Both the position numbers and the translations under genes were made by a program. Below, piece by piece: positions 32,922-52,491 of a stretch of 64,000 bases of DNA. A model generated the notes under the pieces. That model was not told where the DNA came from, did not search any database, and was given only the letters and a program-made list of their open reading frames with translations. Position 1 is the stretch's first letter; each line of letters begins with the position of its first letter. Origin of the DNA: the human T2T-CHM13v2.0 reference genome, Homo sapiens; the NCBI RefSeq assembly GCF_009914755.1, contig NC_060948.1. One strand, 5' to 3'.

Positions 32922-33212
32922 GGCCAGGCATTGTGGCTCACATCTGTAATTCCAGCACGTTTGGAGGCCGAGGCAAATGGATTACTTGAGATCAGCAGTG
33001 TGAGACCAACCTGGCCAGGATGGTGAAAACCCACCTCTACTAGAAATACAAAAATTAAACAGGTGCTTGGGCAAGTACTTGTAATCCCAGGTACTTGGGA
33101 GACTGAGACAGGATAATCACTTGAACTCGGGAGGTGAAGTTTGCAGACCAAGATCATGCCACTGCACTCCAGCCTGAGCAACAGAGTAATACTCCATCTC
33201 AAAGAAAATAAA
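32922..33212 (+). mobile_element. AluS-like
   Basis: ggccaggcattgtggctcacatctgtaattccagc ... gcactccagcctgagcaacagag. Confidence 0.85.
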
Positions 33213-33289
33213 TATGATACTAAGCTTCTCGTGTTCTTAAAACTTTGGAATAGGAAATCTTTATATAATTATAGACAACATAAAGAAAG

Positions 33290-33525
33290 TAAAAAATATA
33301 TACACACCACCAAGAGTGAAATTTAATGTTAACTATAGATTTTGGGCAATAATGACATGTCAAGGTAGTTTTATCAATTGTAGCAAATGTACCACCTTGA
33401 TGCAAAATGTTGACAGTGGGAGAGACTGTGCATGTGTAGGGGCAGTGGGTGTGTAGGAATTCTTTGTACATTTCCATCAACCTCACTGTGAACTAAAAAC
33501 TTCTCTGAAAAGCAAAGTCTATGAA
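33290..33525 (+). mobile_element. L1MC-like 3' end fragment
   Basis: atgttaactatagattttggg..caaatgtaccacct..gggagagactgtgcatgtg..tgtgaactaaaaac. Confidence 0.65.
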
Positions 33526-34129
33526 ACATGCACACACACTCACACACACATGCACATATATTTACAGGGAAAAGTTTGCTGCATCTACCTTTAAAATAAT
33601 AAAGTGGGATGAATGTTCACAATAACGATGAAGAAATATAGTTAAATAATTAGAAATATACTAAAAATAGAATGAAAGTCTTTTTATTATTTGGAAACTT
33701 TACAGGTTTTAAGAATTAAATCATTTAAGTTACTTAATTCACTTCTCCACAGCCTGGTTCCTCATCTGTGACAGACAAAACATCTGTTGTGTGTATATCA
33801 CAGTGCCAAGCTCAGAGCAGACATTCAGCAGGTTGGCAGAGTCTTATCAAACAACACAGAATATAGATAAATCAATTTTAGCTCTTAAACATTTAGAGAT
33901 TGTAGATCACAATTTTACCAAAGACTAAATATGATACCAAGAAATCAATTTCAAATTTACTACCCACTTGTTATATAACAAATGCATCATATGCAGGTAC
34001 AATGTAAACTCAAAGAGGAATGAGAAATGGACCTAGTTTAAAAGCAATCCACTATAATGCAGCATGTTACAGTCAGCGAAGAAGAAACTGTCAATAAAAA
34101 GTTCAGAAACAGAAAAGGAAATATGTTAG

Positions 34130-34329
34130 CTTTTATTTTGCTGAACAATTTCTGGAAATAAAACAGAAAGTGAATAGTCATAGCAGCATCTTTGTAAGTT
34201 ATCAGCCACTAAAGAGTTAGAGGCTGGTAGTAAGAGGGAGTTCCTTTGACATGAAATGGACTGAGGTTGCAATTCTCCATTCAACACAGGGTGCAACCAC
34301 TCATGAATTAGCTGGTTTTGAGTTTGCGT
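34130..34329 (-). pseudogene. OFD1P: OFD1P exon 3 homologue (LisH region)
   Basis: [60 protein letters not shown] versus OFD1 [60 protein letters not shown]; 200 nt versus 201 nt; donor GT>CT. Confidence 0.95.
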
Positions 34330-34342
34330 CTTGCAAGAGAGC

Positions 34343-34610
34343 AAGGAAGGAAGGAAGAAAGAAAGAAAGGAAGAAAGAGAAGAAGGAAAGAAGGAAGGAA
34401 GGAAGGAAGGAAAGAAGGAAGGAAGGAAGTGAGGGAGGGAGAAAGGAAGGAAAGGAGAAAGGAAGAAAGAAGGAAGGAAGGAAGGAAGGAAGGAAGGAAG
34501 GAAGGAAGGAAGGAAGGAAAGAAGGAAGGAAGGAATAAAGTGAGGGAGGGAGAAAGGGAGGAAAGGAGAAAGGAAGAAAAAAGGAAGGAAGGAAATAAAG
34601 AAGGAAGTCA
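34343..34610. repeat. Purine-rich (GAAG)n compound STR including (GAAG)12
   Basis: Pure GAAG x12 at 34469-34516; internal ~45-nt block repeated at ~34429 and ~34540. Confidence 0.95.
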
Positions 34611-35644
34611 GGCAAGGGAAAAAAAAACTCAGTACGATTGTCTCAGAAGAGATATACCAGATGTAGTACATTCATTAGACAACTCCCTTTTATTTCCATA
34701 ATGTTTCTAGATCCATGACCAGAAATTAGGAACCCTCCCCTGCACAAGTGAGAAAAGAAGGCCAGTGTGTTCTAGAAAAATATTTCTTTCCTCAGCTTCC
34801 ACGTGAAACTGGTGGTTAACCAGACCCATTTGCAGACTCTTCACTTCACTTCCCTAGAAACCCATTTCACCAGCTTACACTTGGGATATGAAGTATAGGA
34901 AAAAATTCTGCCAGTTCATCACACCTTGTGGAATGCTGGAAAATATAACCAAAATATTCAACAACAAGGGACTGCTATGTATGTTACAAAAATTTCCAAA
35001 GATCAGCCTGTTGCCACTAAGAAGGGGCATTTCAAGAAACTTTTAAGGAAACAGAGAAATGCTCACACCATATAATTTAAATTTCAAGCGGATATATACA
35101 GAGCATATATACATTTTTAAACGTAAAATATGCCTTTGAAATGCATATTGCAATGAAAACACATTGAGCTAACCCAATTCCTAGCTGTTAATCCAAATAT
35201 AAACTATACTACCAGATATGTGCTGCTCAAAGGAAATATTCAGGCATTTCACTATAGTTTAAAGATGAAAGTATTCGTTCCCCAAACTATTAAAATAGTA
35301 CACTAGTATTTTCTATATAGTGTTAATGTCCCTCATCCAAATGTATTACAAACCCTTTTGTTAGTTTAGGAACCTGTAAGCCAATTTATAAAACAGGCCC
35401 AATCTTATTAAAATGTGATCATTACACAAATGCTTTCTACTCCTTATTGTCATCTCAATTATTTATTTGAATATTCTCCTTTAATGTGACTCAAATGCAA
35501 CATTTTCTCAGTGGTTTCAAAGAGACTGTAATATTTCATTATAGAGTATCAAAACTGAAAATCACTGGGTGAATTTAAATGTGAACTACCTGTTACAGGT
35601 TACACTTTTAAAAGATATGGAACAGATAAACCTAAATCCGACAC

Positions 35645-35743
35645 TTTGAGTGTGCCCAGTACACCCCAATCCTTCAACATTTGGTGTCGTTTTTTGCACA
35701 GCTCATCTTAACTCAACACATCACACATAGGGAGCAAGTTGGA
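35645..35743 (-). pseudogene. OFD1P: OFD1P exon 2 homologue
   Basis: ttctag|TCCAACTTG..GATGTGTTGAGTTAAGATGAGCTGTGCAAAAAA..ACACTCAAA|gt; 99 nt; in-frame TAA (Q>stop). Confidence 0.9.
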
Positions 35744-35916
35744 CTAGAAGACAAAATGGTTACAGCTTACCTGGGGGGTAGAGGGAAGGTGGACTACTGA
35801 AAAAAGACCAGTGGCCTCTGGGGAAGCCCCGAATGTCCTAGTGGGGAAAGAGGTTTTAAGGAACATCAAGGAGACTTCATTTCCACCTGTCCCCGATGAA
35901 GGGCAGTTGTGTATTC

Positions 35917-36000
35917 CTGAGTCATCAGGTGCCAGCTTTCTCCCATCGTCAGCTTCCTCCCAAGTCTCCTCACTCACCCGGCCATATATATAACCGTCCA
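35917..36000 (-). pseudogene. OFD1P: Putative OFD1P exon 1 remnant
   Basis: CTGATGACTCAG|ga resembles ATGATGGCGCAG|gt, ~170 nt upstream of exon 2; short match only. Confidence 0.45.
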
Positions 36001-36788
36001 ATTCTAAATTTAAAACCGCCAGCTGTGCCTTGATTTTCTTTATAAAATGTAGTTCTGTGTAGCTACCTCCTCAGGGCCTCTGGGACAAGTGTTCCTTGGA
36101 GATTCTTCAAAGGACCCTATTTAAAGCAATGGAAAAATTGAGCAGACCATGAATACACACTCATGCCAATGCAGGTATGTCAGTCATGGCAGCTGTGCCT
36201 TGATTTCCTTTATAAAATTTGTCATTCATTAGCAAGTACATATCATGTTTCTTCTGATTTCATTGTGTGTATGTGAATCAGCTGAAGGCCCGGTGAGGCT
36301 TCATGAGACTTGTCTTCTAACCCACCTCAGATGTATCTTCCAGGGGTTTGACTAACTCCTTGTTTACTCAATTTCCACCCCATGTTGAGAATTTTACTAG
36401 TCACCACATATCAGTATGAATTTGGCCTTCCATGTTATTCTAGATAATATTAATTGAGCATGTCCTGTGAGTCAGACATTGTGCTGGGTACTTTACTGGA
36501 AGGTGTTACAAAGTTACCACTATTCCATAAAGGAGAAGACCAACAATAGATGATGGGCTCCCTCTGGTCACATTGCAAGTAATTAGCAGAGCTATCTGGA
36601 ACCTAACTTCCTTGGATTTTAAATCCCTTGTGTTAAAAGTACACACAGTTGGGTTACCATTGATTATATCCACCCACGTTCCCACCCATCCATTATTCAT
36701 CTATATTTTAATTATCTGCACTAGAAGAAATGAAATCGCTTATATTTTCCCCAGTTTCTCATAGATTTATTTCTTTTGTTAATCTGTT

Positions 36789-37085
36789 ATTTTTTTTTTT
36801 TTTTTTTTTTTTTTTTGGTCAGGGTATTTCAGCTTACTGCTGCCTTGAGCCCTGCTGGGATCAGGTGATTCTCCCCTGTCAGACTCCAGAGTAGCTGGGA
36901 CTACAGGCACACACCAACTCACCCAGCAAGTTTTAGTATTTCTGTAGAGATGTATTTTTTGTAGAGATGTATTTCTTCTTTCATGTTGTTGCCTTGGCTG
37001 GTCTCAAACTCCTGGGCTTAATCAGGCTGCCTGCCTCAGCCCTCCAATGTGCTGGAGTTACCGGCATGAGCAATCACACCTGCCC
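36789..37085 (-). mobile_element. AluJ-like
   Basis: Long poly-T, gagtagctgggactacaggc, ggtctcaaactcctgggct. Confidence 0.85.
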
Positions 37086-37793
37086 CAATCTGTTAAACTT
37101 AGTTTTAAGATCTCTCAGTGCCTCAGAATGTTTTCCTTTATGGATTATTTATTCCATCTTTTATAGAATACGAAACTTTCTTTCTTAGAAATTGGCGTAT
37201 GACGAGGCATATCATAGTCTCTTTTATTAGCAAAGACATATATTTATAGCACACATAGTTCAGGGAGAAAGAAGACAAATGGAGCACAAAGGGCTACATT
37301 GCCTCTCTTTTCTCGGTGAGTGACATGAGGGACAGTTGGTTTTAGCTTCCGCCAACGGATGTCTTATGGAAATTTCTAAGGCAAGCTAATTAATTCCTTC
37401 ATCTTCTCACCACTCTATGGTCCTTAACTTACCGTCTACCTCTGTTAAGCTTTTTTTAAGTGTCAGTGCTTCTGCTAACGGGTCCAGTCCAAGTGAAGCC
37501 TAGCTTACTCCACCAGACACTCAGGATCCCTTGAGCTGAATGTGCCGTGCTTTCAGATCATGAGAATGTTGTCTGTGATTTTATCTCAGAGATCTTTTAG
37601 TTTTCGTATGGAAACACATAAGATTCTACAAGAAATACCACAGTTATATGCTTTGTTTATTCCAGAAGCCACATATCTTCACTAGTATGCGGGAAATGGT
37701 GACAAGTTTAGTGGCATCATTCAGGTTTAAGTTAGAAAGCAAAACAGAAGAATTTTACACTTCTCATTAGTCACATTTAAATTTCAGTATTGA

Positions 37794-37955
<162 letters not shown>

Positions 37956-39159
37956 TAAATTTCATAAGAATTTTTATTCTATTGTAATAATATAGTGTAA
38001 CATAATTTAAATGAAATCCAACACAATTAAATAAGGCTTACTCTGGAGTCCCAGAGCCTGATAGAAGCCAGCTGGGGAGTATCCTATGAGTCGTTTATGT
38101 ATACTTTATTTCAGCACAGACTAGCATGACCTCTGACTTTCCCATGATATTCAGTTCACTGTGTCACCGACCATGAATTGCTGCTGCTTCAGCACTTAAA
38201 AACCTAGTCCACATGTAGCAAGTTGTGGCCTTGAAATGTCATCCATGAATGTTTAGGCAGTTTTCATGAATCCCGTTTTCCCATCAGGACCTATGGGGTA
38301 AAAAAGACGTTCAGTGACCCCTAGCAGCACTTCCTGGCTGGTCATACATGCATGCTTTCCTCCCCAGTGACCACCATGGCCCTGCACAGGAAGCTCAAAA
38401 GCAGCACCAGAGGTGATGACACTGACTTTCTTGTCAACAATGTTTCCAGAAACCAGGCTTGTCTCGAGAACATGTTGCCATTTGGAGGAAACAGGCTGGT
38501 AGATTTTTTATATAAGAGCCCAGTCCTTTCCAATTTATGTTTCTAATACGTTGCTGTCATGTTTGCACTGTTTCTCTCAAGCACCTAAGTCAGATTTAAT
38601 GACCTTTAAGGAACTGACATGGTAAGTTACTTGCAATGTATAATGTTAATGTGTGTGATATTTTTCAACTATTGAGGACCTGTCACCAAAATATGATAGA
38701 CAGAATTATATGACAGGTGTTGTTGTGACATTATTTTTTCATATTATGAGAACACTACTCATTAAAACTTGTTTTGAGTAGTTGTAGCAGTATTGCTTTC
38801 TGGGATGCAGCTATTTGTATATATGTTCTGTGCACTCCACTGGCCCTCTAGTAAACAAAGGAGCACACATAAAAATAATTTGTTGCATATATTGATTTTA
38901 TTTCTTTCTCCTGCTACCATTCACCTCGTTAAGGCATTTTCACAATTTGCTCTTGATCTTTCAGTATTGATCATTACTGTAAAAGAAACCACTGTGGGAT
39001 TGAGACAGAAAAACATCCATTTATCTAAGGATTCACTTAGGTTTGTTGTGATGACATGAGTGAAGTAAAACATGCTTTAGATGTCTGAGGGATTTGGGGG
39101 CATTTGGCCACCCTCTTCCAGCCCAGGATTGGGAACAGCTTCCTTGGCGAGGAGGCTCT

Positions 39160-39585
39160 CTCTGTTTCCTGTGCCTGTTGTAACAAAGTACCAAAAATTT
39201 AGTGGCTTTGGACAGCAGAAATTTATTGCCTCATTTCTGAGGGCCACTGTCTAAAATCAAGGTGTCAGTGGTGCCATGCTTCCTATGTGGGTCCTCAGGT
39301 AAAATCTGTTTGGTTTATCTCTCAGCTTCTGGAATTTCCCTGGCTTGTGGCAATGTAACGCCAGTCTTCCTGTGTCATTTTTCTCCCTGTGTGCATCTCC
39401 AAATGCTCCCTTTTTCTATATACATGAGTGGTTTTATTAGGGGCCCACCCCACTCTAAAATGACCTCTTCTGAAATAATGACATGTACATGTAAACTCTC
39501 TTTCTCAGTGAGGCCACATTCTATGGTACTGCCCCTTTGGACATCAACAAAGGAATTTTGGAGAGAAGACACTTCAACCTGTAAC
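39160..39585 (-). mobile_element. MLT1-like MaLR LTR
   Basis: gtaacaaagtaccaaaaatttagtggct..cagaaatttattgcctca..aaatcaaggtgtcag..ttaggggcccaccc-like motif. Confidence 0.7.
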
Positions 39586-40436
39586 TGAGGTGTTATTTTA
39601 AAACTATATTTTTAAAGAAATAATTACATTGGTGTAAGATTACATTCCAAGTTGTGAATTTCTTCTTCATATCATGGTCAGACAGTTCCACCTCCTGTTA
39701 ACTTTAGCCATTTCAGCCCAGGAAAAGGACACCCCCAGCTCTAACAAAACTTTTTCCTTTTGATGACACAGATGACTGCTCACAGTCGGGGCTGGGCATC
39801 ATCTCTAACTACGCCCAGGACCGGCTACCATGTTAACTACATGCACTGAATAAAGGCATCTGTAGCCCTTCCAAGTGTCATTTCAACTGTCTGTAGTGCT
39901 TACCTGGTGATACCTGGTGCTAATTTGCATAAAGCCCAGCCCTCTCAGCTTCCTCTCAGACCTTGAGGCCTGGTGTGAATGGCACCTCTTCTCCACAGGA
40001 TATGTGTATGTGTGTGTGTGTGTGTGTCTATGTGTTCTGTGTGTATGTGTTTGTGTATCATTTATTAATTGACTGTTTCTGTTCTTTGAGTTTTAGATAT
40101 GAAATTTAAAAATAGAATATAATGTGAAAACAGATCTCTCGTATGTCTCTTGACAATAACAAACACAGTAAAATTAAACTGTTTTTTTTTTTCCTGCATG
40201 CACAAAACAATCTATAGGATTTACAGAATGAAATGTTGGCATTCTTCATTCCATGTGGGTATGTTAATCTGTTGTTGCTCACACTGTCATTTACAACCAC
40301 TGACGTCATCTGCACCAGTTCATAGGCCATGCTGCTCTCGACCTCATAGATGAGAACATGTGACTTTTGAACATGTACTTGAAAACTGTAGGCAAGTCCA
40401 GAAACTGGTTTGTGTCAGTATTCATTACTCCAGGGC

Positions 40437-40880
40437 ATACCTTTACCTTTTTAGTAAAGATAATTAACTAAAGTTTGGGTTCACAAACTAGAAGAACATG
40501 TAACACAGATGCCAGGCTCTGACACTGTACACGACACAATTTGTATGCATGTAAAAGTTTCCATTTATGGGGCTACTTTTTTTTATTAGGGGAGAAAATA
40601 TTTTGTTGAACAGCTAATTTTTAAACTAAGTTGCATACACACCAAAAAGTTTATCTGAATCATATCGAGGGTGATGTTACCTTATTTTGTAGTTATTTTT
40701 TCATTTACAATGCTTATATTCACTTTCTGATACAACTAAGATAATTTTAAACACAGGTAATGTATTCAACTCTTCCATCAGAAATACGTGGCACATGACC
40801 AGTTTGAAGACTATTATATCAATGAACTGGTTGCTTTTTGTTTTTTATTTATAAGGAAAATATTGCCTTATTTATGTCAC
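40437..40880 (+). other. Fossil AT-AC (U12-type) intron of TRAPPC2P
   Basis: GGGC|atacctttacc ... gccttatttatgtcac|ATATGAG; AT-AC termini at the position of the known SEDL minor intron. Confidence 0.85.
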
Positions 40881-41454
40881 ATATGAGATTTATTATGCTT
40901 CATGGCAAGAAGATGGAATAAATCACATCTTTACTGATGTTTATGATTTACATATAAAAGTAAGGCATGTTCTATAATTTTTAAATTTTAAAATCTGATG
41001 ATAGAATAAAGGATTCAATTTCTGTCAGGAAACTGGCCTTTTCAAGTAACTTCCTTACGCTGCACAGCTTACCTTTCAGAGGGCCTTTTCTCATCAGAAC
41101 TATCTCTGTCAACTCCCTTGGCAAGCAAGTCTTCAGAGCCAGTCAAATGGGTATTTAGGAACACAACTTATGATAGTAATTAGTAGAATATTCTGGAGGC
41201 AAATTGTTTTTATATTTTCCCTCTTAGTGTTCATAGTTGATTTTATTAGCGAACTCTAAAGAGAGCAAGGAAGCAGCCTATATAAGGGAAAACTAATTAA
41301 AATTTAATCTGAAATGTTTCCATCTGCTTTCAAATAAGTTGCTGTGCTATTAATAGAGATCATGAACTGGCAGGAATTGAGTTTTCCATGATCAAATACT
41401 CAATCTAGAATAATGGTGCCACTTGTTTATTTGGTTTGTTTGTGATTTTATTGC

Positions 41455-41720
41455 TGTTGTTGTTGTGATGAAGTCTCGTTCTGTTGCCCAGGCTGGAGTG
41501 CAATGGAATGATATTTGCCTCACGGTTTCAAGTGTCTCTCCTGGCTCAGTCTCTGGAGTAGCTGGGACTACAGGCCCCAACACCATGTGTGCTGAATTTT
41601 TGTATTTTTAGTAGAGACAGGGATTCACCATGTTAGCCAGACTGGTCTCAAACTCCTGACCTCAGGTGATTTACCCACCTCGGCTTTCCGAAGCCCTGAG
41701 GTTACAGGTGTGAGCCACGG
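41455..41720 (-). mobile_element. AluS with internal deletion
   Basis: gtctcgttctgttgcccaggctggagtgcaatgg..ctcctgacctcaggtga. Confidence 0.85.
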
Positions 41721-42126
41721 AGAATGTCCTAGGTGGTTGATTTTAATGTAACAATCCAAAAATAAATGTCAGAGTCAAGATTTGGTAGATAGATTTAAAA
41801 CTAACATATTCTGCAGCTGGGAATGAAATGTGATAGCACATACATTCACAGTAATTCATTTATACATTTAGAGATGTTATAAAAATGTATAGGCAGTATA
41901 CACAGCAGGAGTCAAGAAGCCAAGGAAACATGTGTGCTGTGCTAAGTGTTGCATATATGCTTCTGCCAGTGGCTAGGAATAGTGGTCCTGCTGATGATTT
42001 CCTTTCCCTCAGAGAGTAAACCGTTGATACTCATACTTGCAAAAAGTTGTAAGGCAGTTTTTAGGAGAGTTGCCAAAGATAATCCAGGATTACATTAACA
42101 TTTGTGCTCAGCCATTTAGATGTGTC

Positions 42127-44916
<2,790 letters not shown>

Positions 44917-47900
44917 AAAGCAATTTTAAAAAGTTTAGCAGACCATGAATACACACTCATATCAAGATAGGTACTTTGGTCACAGCAGTTGCTTTATTTG
45001 TATTATATATTGGAATTCTCAGTAATGCTTGTTTTGTAGGTGAAGGGAAGTCGGAGGAAGTCACAGAACCTTTATAAAACTTTTGGAATTGGCCTGTACA
45101 TGGTGGATCATGCCTGTAATCTCAGCATTTTGGGAGGCTGAGGTGATACACCAGTAAAGGCTGGCAATGGTCTCCTTGTTTCCTATAATGTCTTACTTTA
45201 AAATAGGCAATATCCATTGAATATCAGGTCATACAGCCTGTGCTAATGGTGAGCACTTGAACCATTTTGTTCCATTCTGAATTATCTTTAAGCGAGTAAT
45301 TGCCAATTTTTGTCTTGTGTCCTTGTGTGAAATAGCTACCAACATTTTTACCCTACTTATTTGATTTTTAAAATAAACATGTTTGTTCAAGATTGTTTAA
45401 AATGAATGTTTGTTCAAGATTAATTTTTTAAGTGCTACCCAAAACAGTTGTTTTTGTCCTATTTCCCCTGTTAGTATTGTGCAAACTAATATGATTTCTT
45501 AACCTGTTATACAGCACTCATATTGAAACAAACCAAATTCCAGATCTGTGGGTGCAGAAAAATGTAAGACACATCTGGAAATCTGGGAGTCATTTCAACA
45601 AACATGTAATTTTCCATACAGATTTTTCTGCCCTCAATGAGCATATAATCCCAAGGGTTATGTTGAAATCCAGCCAAAAGCAGCAGGATGAGTGACAGCA
45701 GGAAGATGTGGCTCAGCTGCACAACAGTGGCACATTGATAAGAGTCTTTTTTCCACACTAATGAAGTTGAGGTAGACACTAGTAATCCAAGTCCTGGGTG
45801 TGTATGAGTAAAGTTAAGTGACAAATTTCATGTGTGACAAATTTTTTGATGGAGCTGGAAGGAAAGTGGAGCATTAAGTAGGACCTTCAATGTGGGCTAC
45901 AGATAAAAGTATTGCAGGCATGAAGGTTTGAAGGAGAGCACTCCTGGGGGCACATGGGTAGAACTGTTAGCTGATTGATAGGAGCTGATCATGAGGAAAG
46001 ATAAGCTGGCAAAGCTGGGATCTTGCAGTAGATTTCCCTTGAAGGCTCCTTAACATAAGAACAATGAAATGAAATCAGTCTTAAAATCAGGCTCCCCTTA
46101 GCATGTGTATGTTAGTACTGAGTTGTTTATCTGCTTTCGTACTCCAAAAGTGATCCAGAAGAAATGTGCATATGAAGTTTTTTCCTCTTGCTATAGCCAG
46201 AAACTTCCCAGGATACTTCCTTTGGCATGGACATAGATACTGTCAATCCCTGTTTTGCCCATGCTGTACTTGTGATCTTTAACTTTTCAGTCACTTTAAC
46301 ACTCCCTGGTTGTCAGTCCAGAGTTCCAGAAAGCACTGACTGCCCAGATTCCACCTTTCGCTGGGTACCACACTGGTGTGTTTCCCTACTTATCAGTTTA
46401 CTACTCTACATGACATGTTTATTGTGAGAAAACTTACATGGTGGTGTCATAATATAAAAGTGAAAACAGGTTTGTACAGAAACATAAATAGTTTTCTTCT
46501 AAGACAAGAAACAGTATAAATATTTTATCTTCAGCTAGGAAACTTTTCCCAATGATGAAAATTAACAAAAATATTTATTTGATTGTAATGGAATTGTAAT
46601 TTTCTATCCTCTACTCAGCACATTGTAATTGTTACAGAAGTTATTAAATGTACATTTGTCTATTCTCCAAGTTCTGTAGTTAGCCTTTTTCTATAATCCG
46701 AACTTTCTCTATGGAAAAGCTTTCCATTCATAGCTCAAGTCTAGCTAAATATATGACATAATGTATGGAGCAACTTCTGCACCACTGGGAACCACACTTC
46801 CTTCAAACTATGGAGCATCATCTCTGGTTCTTCTGTCCAAGGTGGCTCTGCAGCTGCTTCTCACTGCTCCTGCTGCTACACTCAACACCTGCTTTGTTCT
46901 TCTATCATTTTCTATTGTATTTTTTATTAAATATTTCCAGATGGCAATATTGAGTGAGGCCAGGAAGAGAAATGTTTTGATGTAATTTTTCAAAACTCCC
47001 CTCCCTATGTGAAAGCCACCTCCCCTCACCCAGCATGTCCTTTGATACCCCCATCACTCCCCAGTTGCAGGTCTCATCCACATTCATTCCAAGCTTCAGT
47101 TAACTTCCATAGAATCAGATAGTCACCAATTGCACAGAATATGAACATCCACAAGAGGCCACAATTTGCTTTATCAAGTCTGATCATTGCAGCAAGGATT
47201 TTTTTGAAACAAACACAAAAAACCTCGAGAGCAATTCACTAAACAATGTTCCGTATTAGAGGAGACACTAAGTAAATACATGGCCTAATAAAGATGTCTT
47301 GATTCACCCTCTGACAAAGTACAATCCTTCTTAGTATTTCCTTTGAAAGTGATAAAATTAGCTTGTGTCTTGTGTTAAAAAGGAATGGATTAACTTGAAC
47401 TAGAAGACTTTCCAGAGGGGTCAAGAATGTGACACAAATATTAACTATCCCATTAGTGGAATTGTCAGTTTGTATCCTCCACACACATGTTATAATTGTT
47501 AAATCAGTTATCAAATGCAAATTTGTCTTTTCTCCAAGTTCAGTAGTTAGCCTTTTTCTGAAAACTGAACTCTGTATGGAAAGATTTTTTAGTCATAGAC
47601 AGCTCGAATTTAGCTGCGTGTGTGACAGACTGTATGAAGCAACTCTTTTACTACTATTGGCCCTTCATCCTCCTGGGGCTGTGAAACATGATCTATTGTG
47701 GTAGAAGTTCATTAATGGCACACAAATGATGAGTAATTGCTAGCGAGAGTAATCCTAATGATATGTAGAATGAAAATAAAAAATGTGAAGTAATTTTGGA
47801 AAGGATAAAGAAGTAAATTAAATAAGAATGCATTGCAAATACATTAGATTCATATCTAACATTATTGCTTTAGGAAATCGTTATCTTTCACCAAGAATAG

Positions 47901-48634
47901 AATGCTAATTGTATAAAAATCATATACATACAAAAGTATTTTCCCATTTTTCCAGGAAAAAAATCTGAGTATAAATTCTAGAGTAGTCAAGTTTCTTATT
48001 TTAATTATAATTTAAGTTTTGGTCATCTCATTTATTAGCTCTCTATTTGCATATGTAAATCAAGCAATGTTTTCAGAAAACCATTACAATTTATAAATGT
48101 AAGGTGCCATTATTGAGAAAATATATTCCTCCATGAGTGAATGTGTCCCTTCTCCCACCCACTAATGATACAATAATATAGACTCACTGAATTGTATTAG
48201 TAAAGTAATACACTGCTACAAACACTAATTCTCTTCTCCAAGTACGTGTTGATTTTCTTTATACATGTGAGTTGGTTAGAATGCATCTGCCTTATCTCTA
48301 ACACTCAACAGAAAGATGAGCAAGGCTTGGGGTTTAGGTGAAGGTCGACCATGCCTTTGTGCATCAAGTGATCTGACATATCCTCAGTTGCACGAATGTT
48401 TTGAAACCCTTCCTCAAAGGCTGCTGCTGCATTTGTGGCATCTTTTGCACTTTTGACAAAGTAAGGATAGTCACTGTTCTCACTGCATAAGCTTCACTTC
48501 TTCTATGAACACCTGCCATTGGATTATGCCAGTCTAGGAATCCAGAATCACAAAAGGAATGCTCTCGGGTTCTTCTACCTCTGCATAACTTATGAACTCT
48601 TTCTTCCAGTTAGTTAAGTTCTGGAACCTTGTAA

Positions 48635-51739
<3,105 letters not shown>

Positions 51740-52491
51740 ATCCTCAGGCTTTGCAATATCTCTTGACCTGCCATGCCACAAATGTGCATGGTAAAAAAAA
51801 ATGTCCATCCCTTTCAAATCTTATTTAAAATGTTCACATCTATTGCATGGAACAGTAGAGTATCAAACTTATCCATTACATATCTGTTCATAAACGAACT
51901 CCTCCCAATCCCACCATTTCCAAAGAGAATTACTTTAAGAAGTGATTAATTTCCTTCCACTGTTCATCTCAAGGGCTTCAAGAGCCCTAGAAAATAAAAA
52001 AGGTACCATAACATTCCTTTTTACCTACCTATTCTTCTATATGAGTCTATGAATATCAGCATTTAGCTGAAATAAAACATAGCCCTAGGGAATATGTAAT
52101 AATAAGACTTGTTGTTTACTGAGCATGTAGCCGTGAGCAGGGTACTATACTACCATGATTCTCTAAAACGACTAAAAAGGGTTTACTCTTCCCCTTTCTC
52201 AGGTCACAGTTGACTGTGAAGCTGGCACTTTAGCCTAAATGTGACATCAAAGCTCTTGTTATGAACAGTGAATCTATGATAAGCCCCTCTCTGCTCATAC
52301 TAAGCTCCACTACAGTTTGGTTAGAGATGGATAAAAGACCAAAGTTTGTAGGTTTCTGAAACAGCAAGGTTCATGCTTTAGGGAGTATATTTATGACAAA
52401 TGTAATAGAAGTTAGTGTTGAGAGAACAGAAAACTGTATAGTTATGTCTTGGCCAAAAAGAAGAGCAAGGTTTAAGCTGTACATTTTGATC

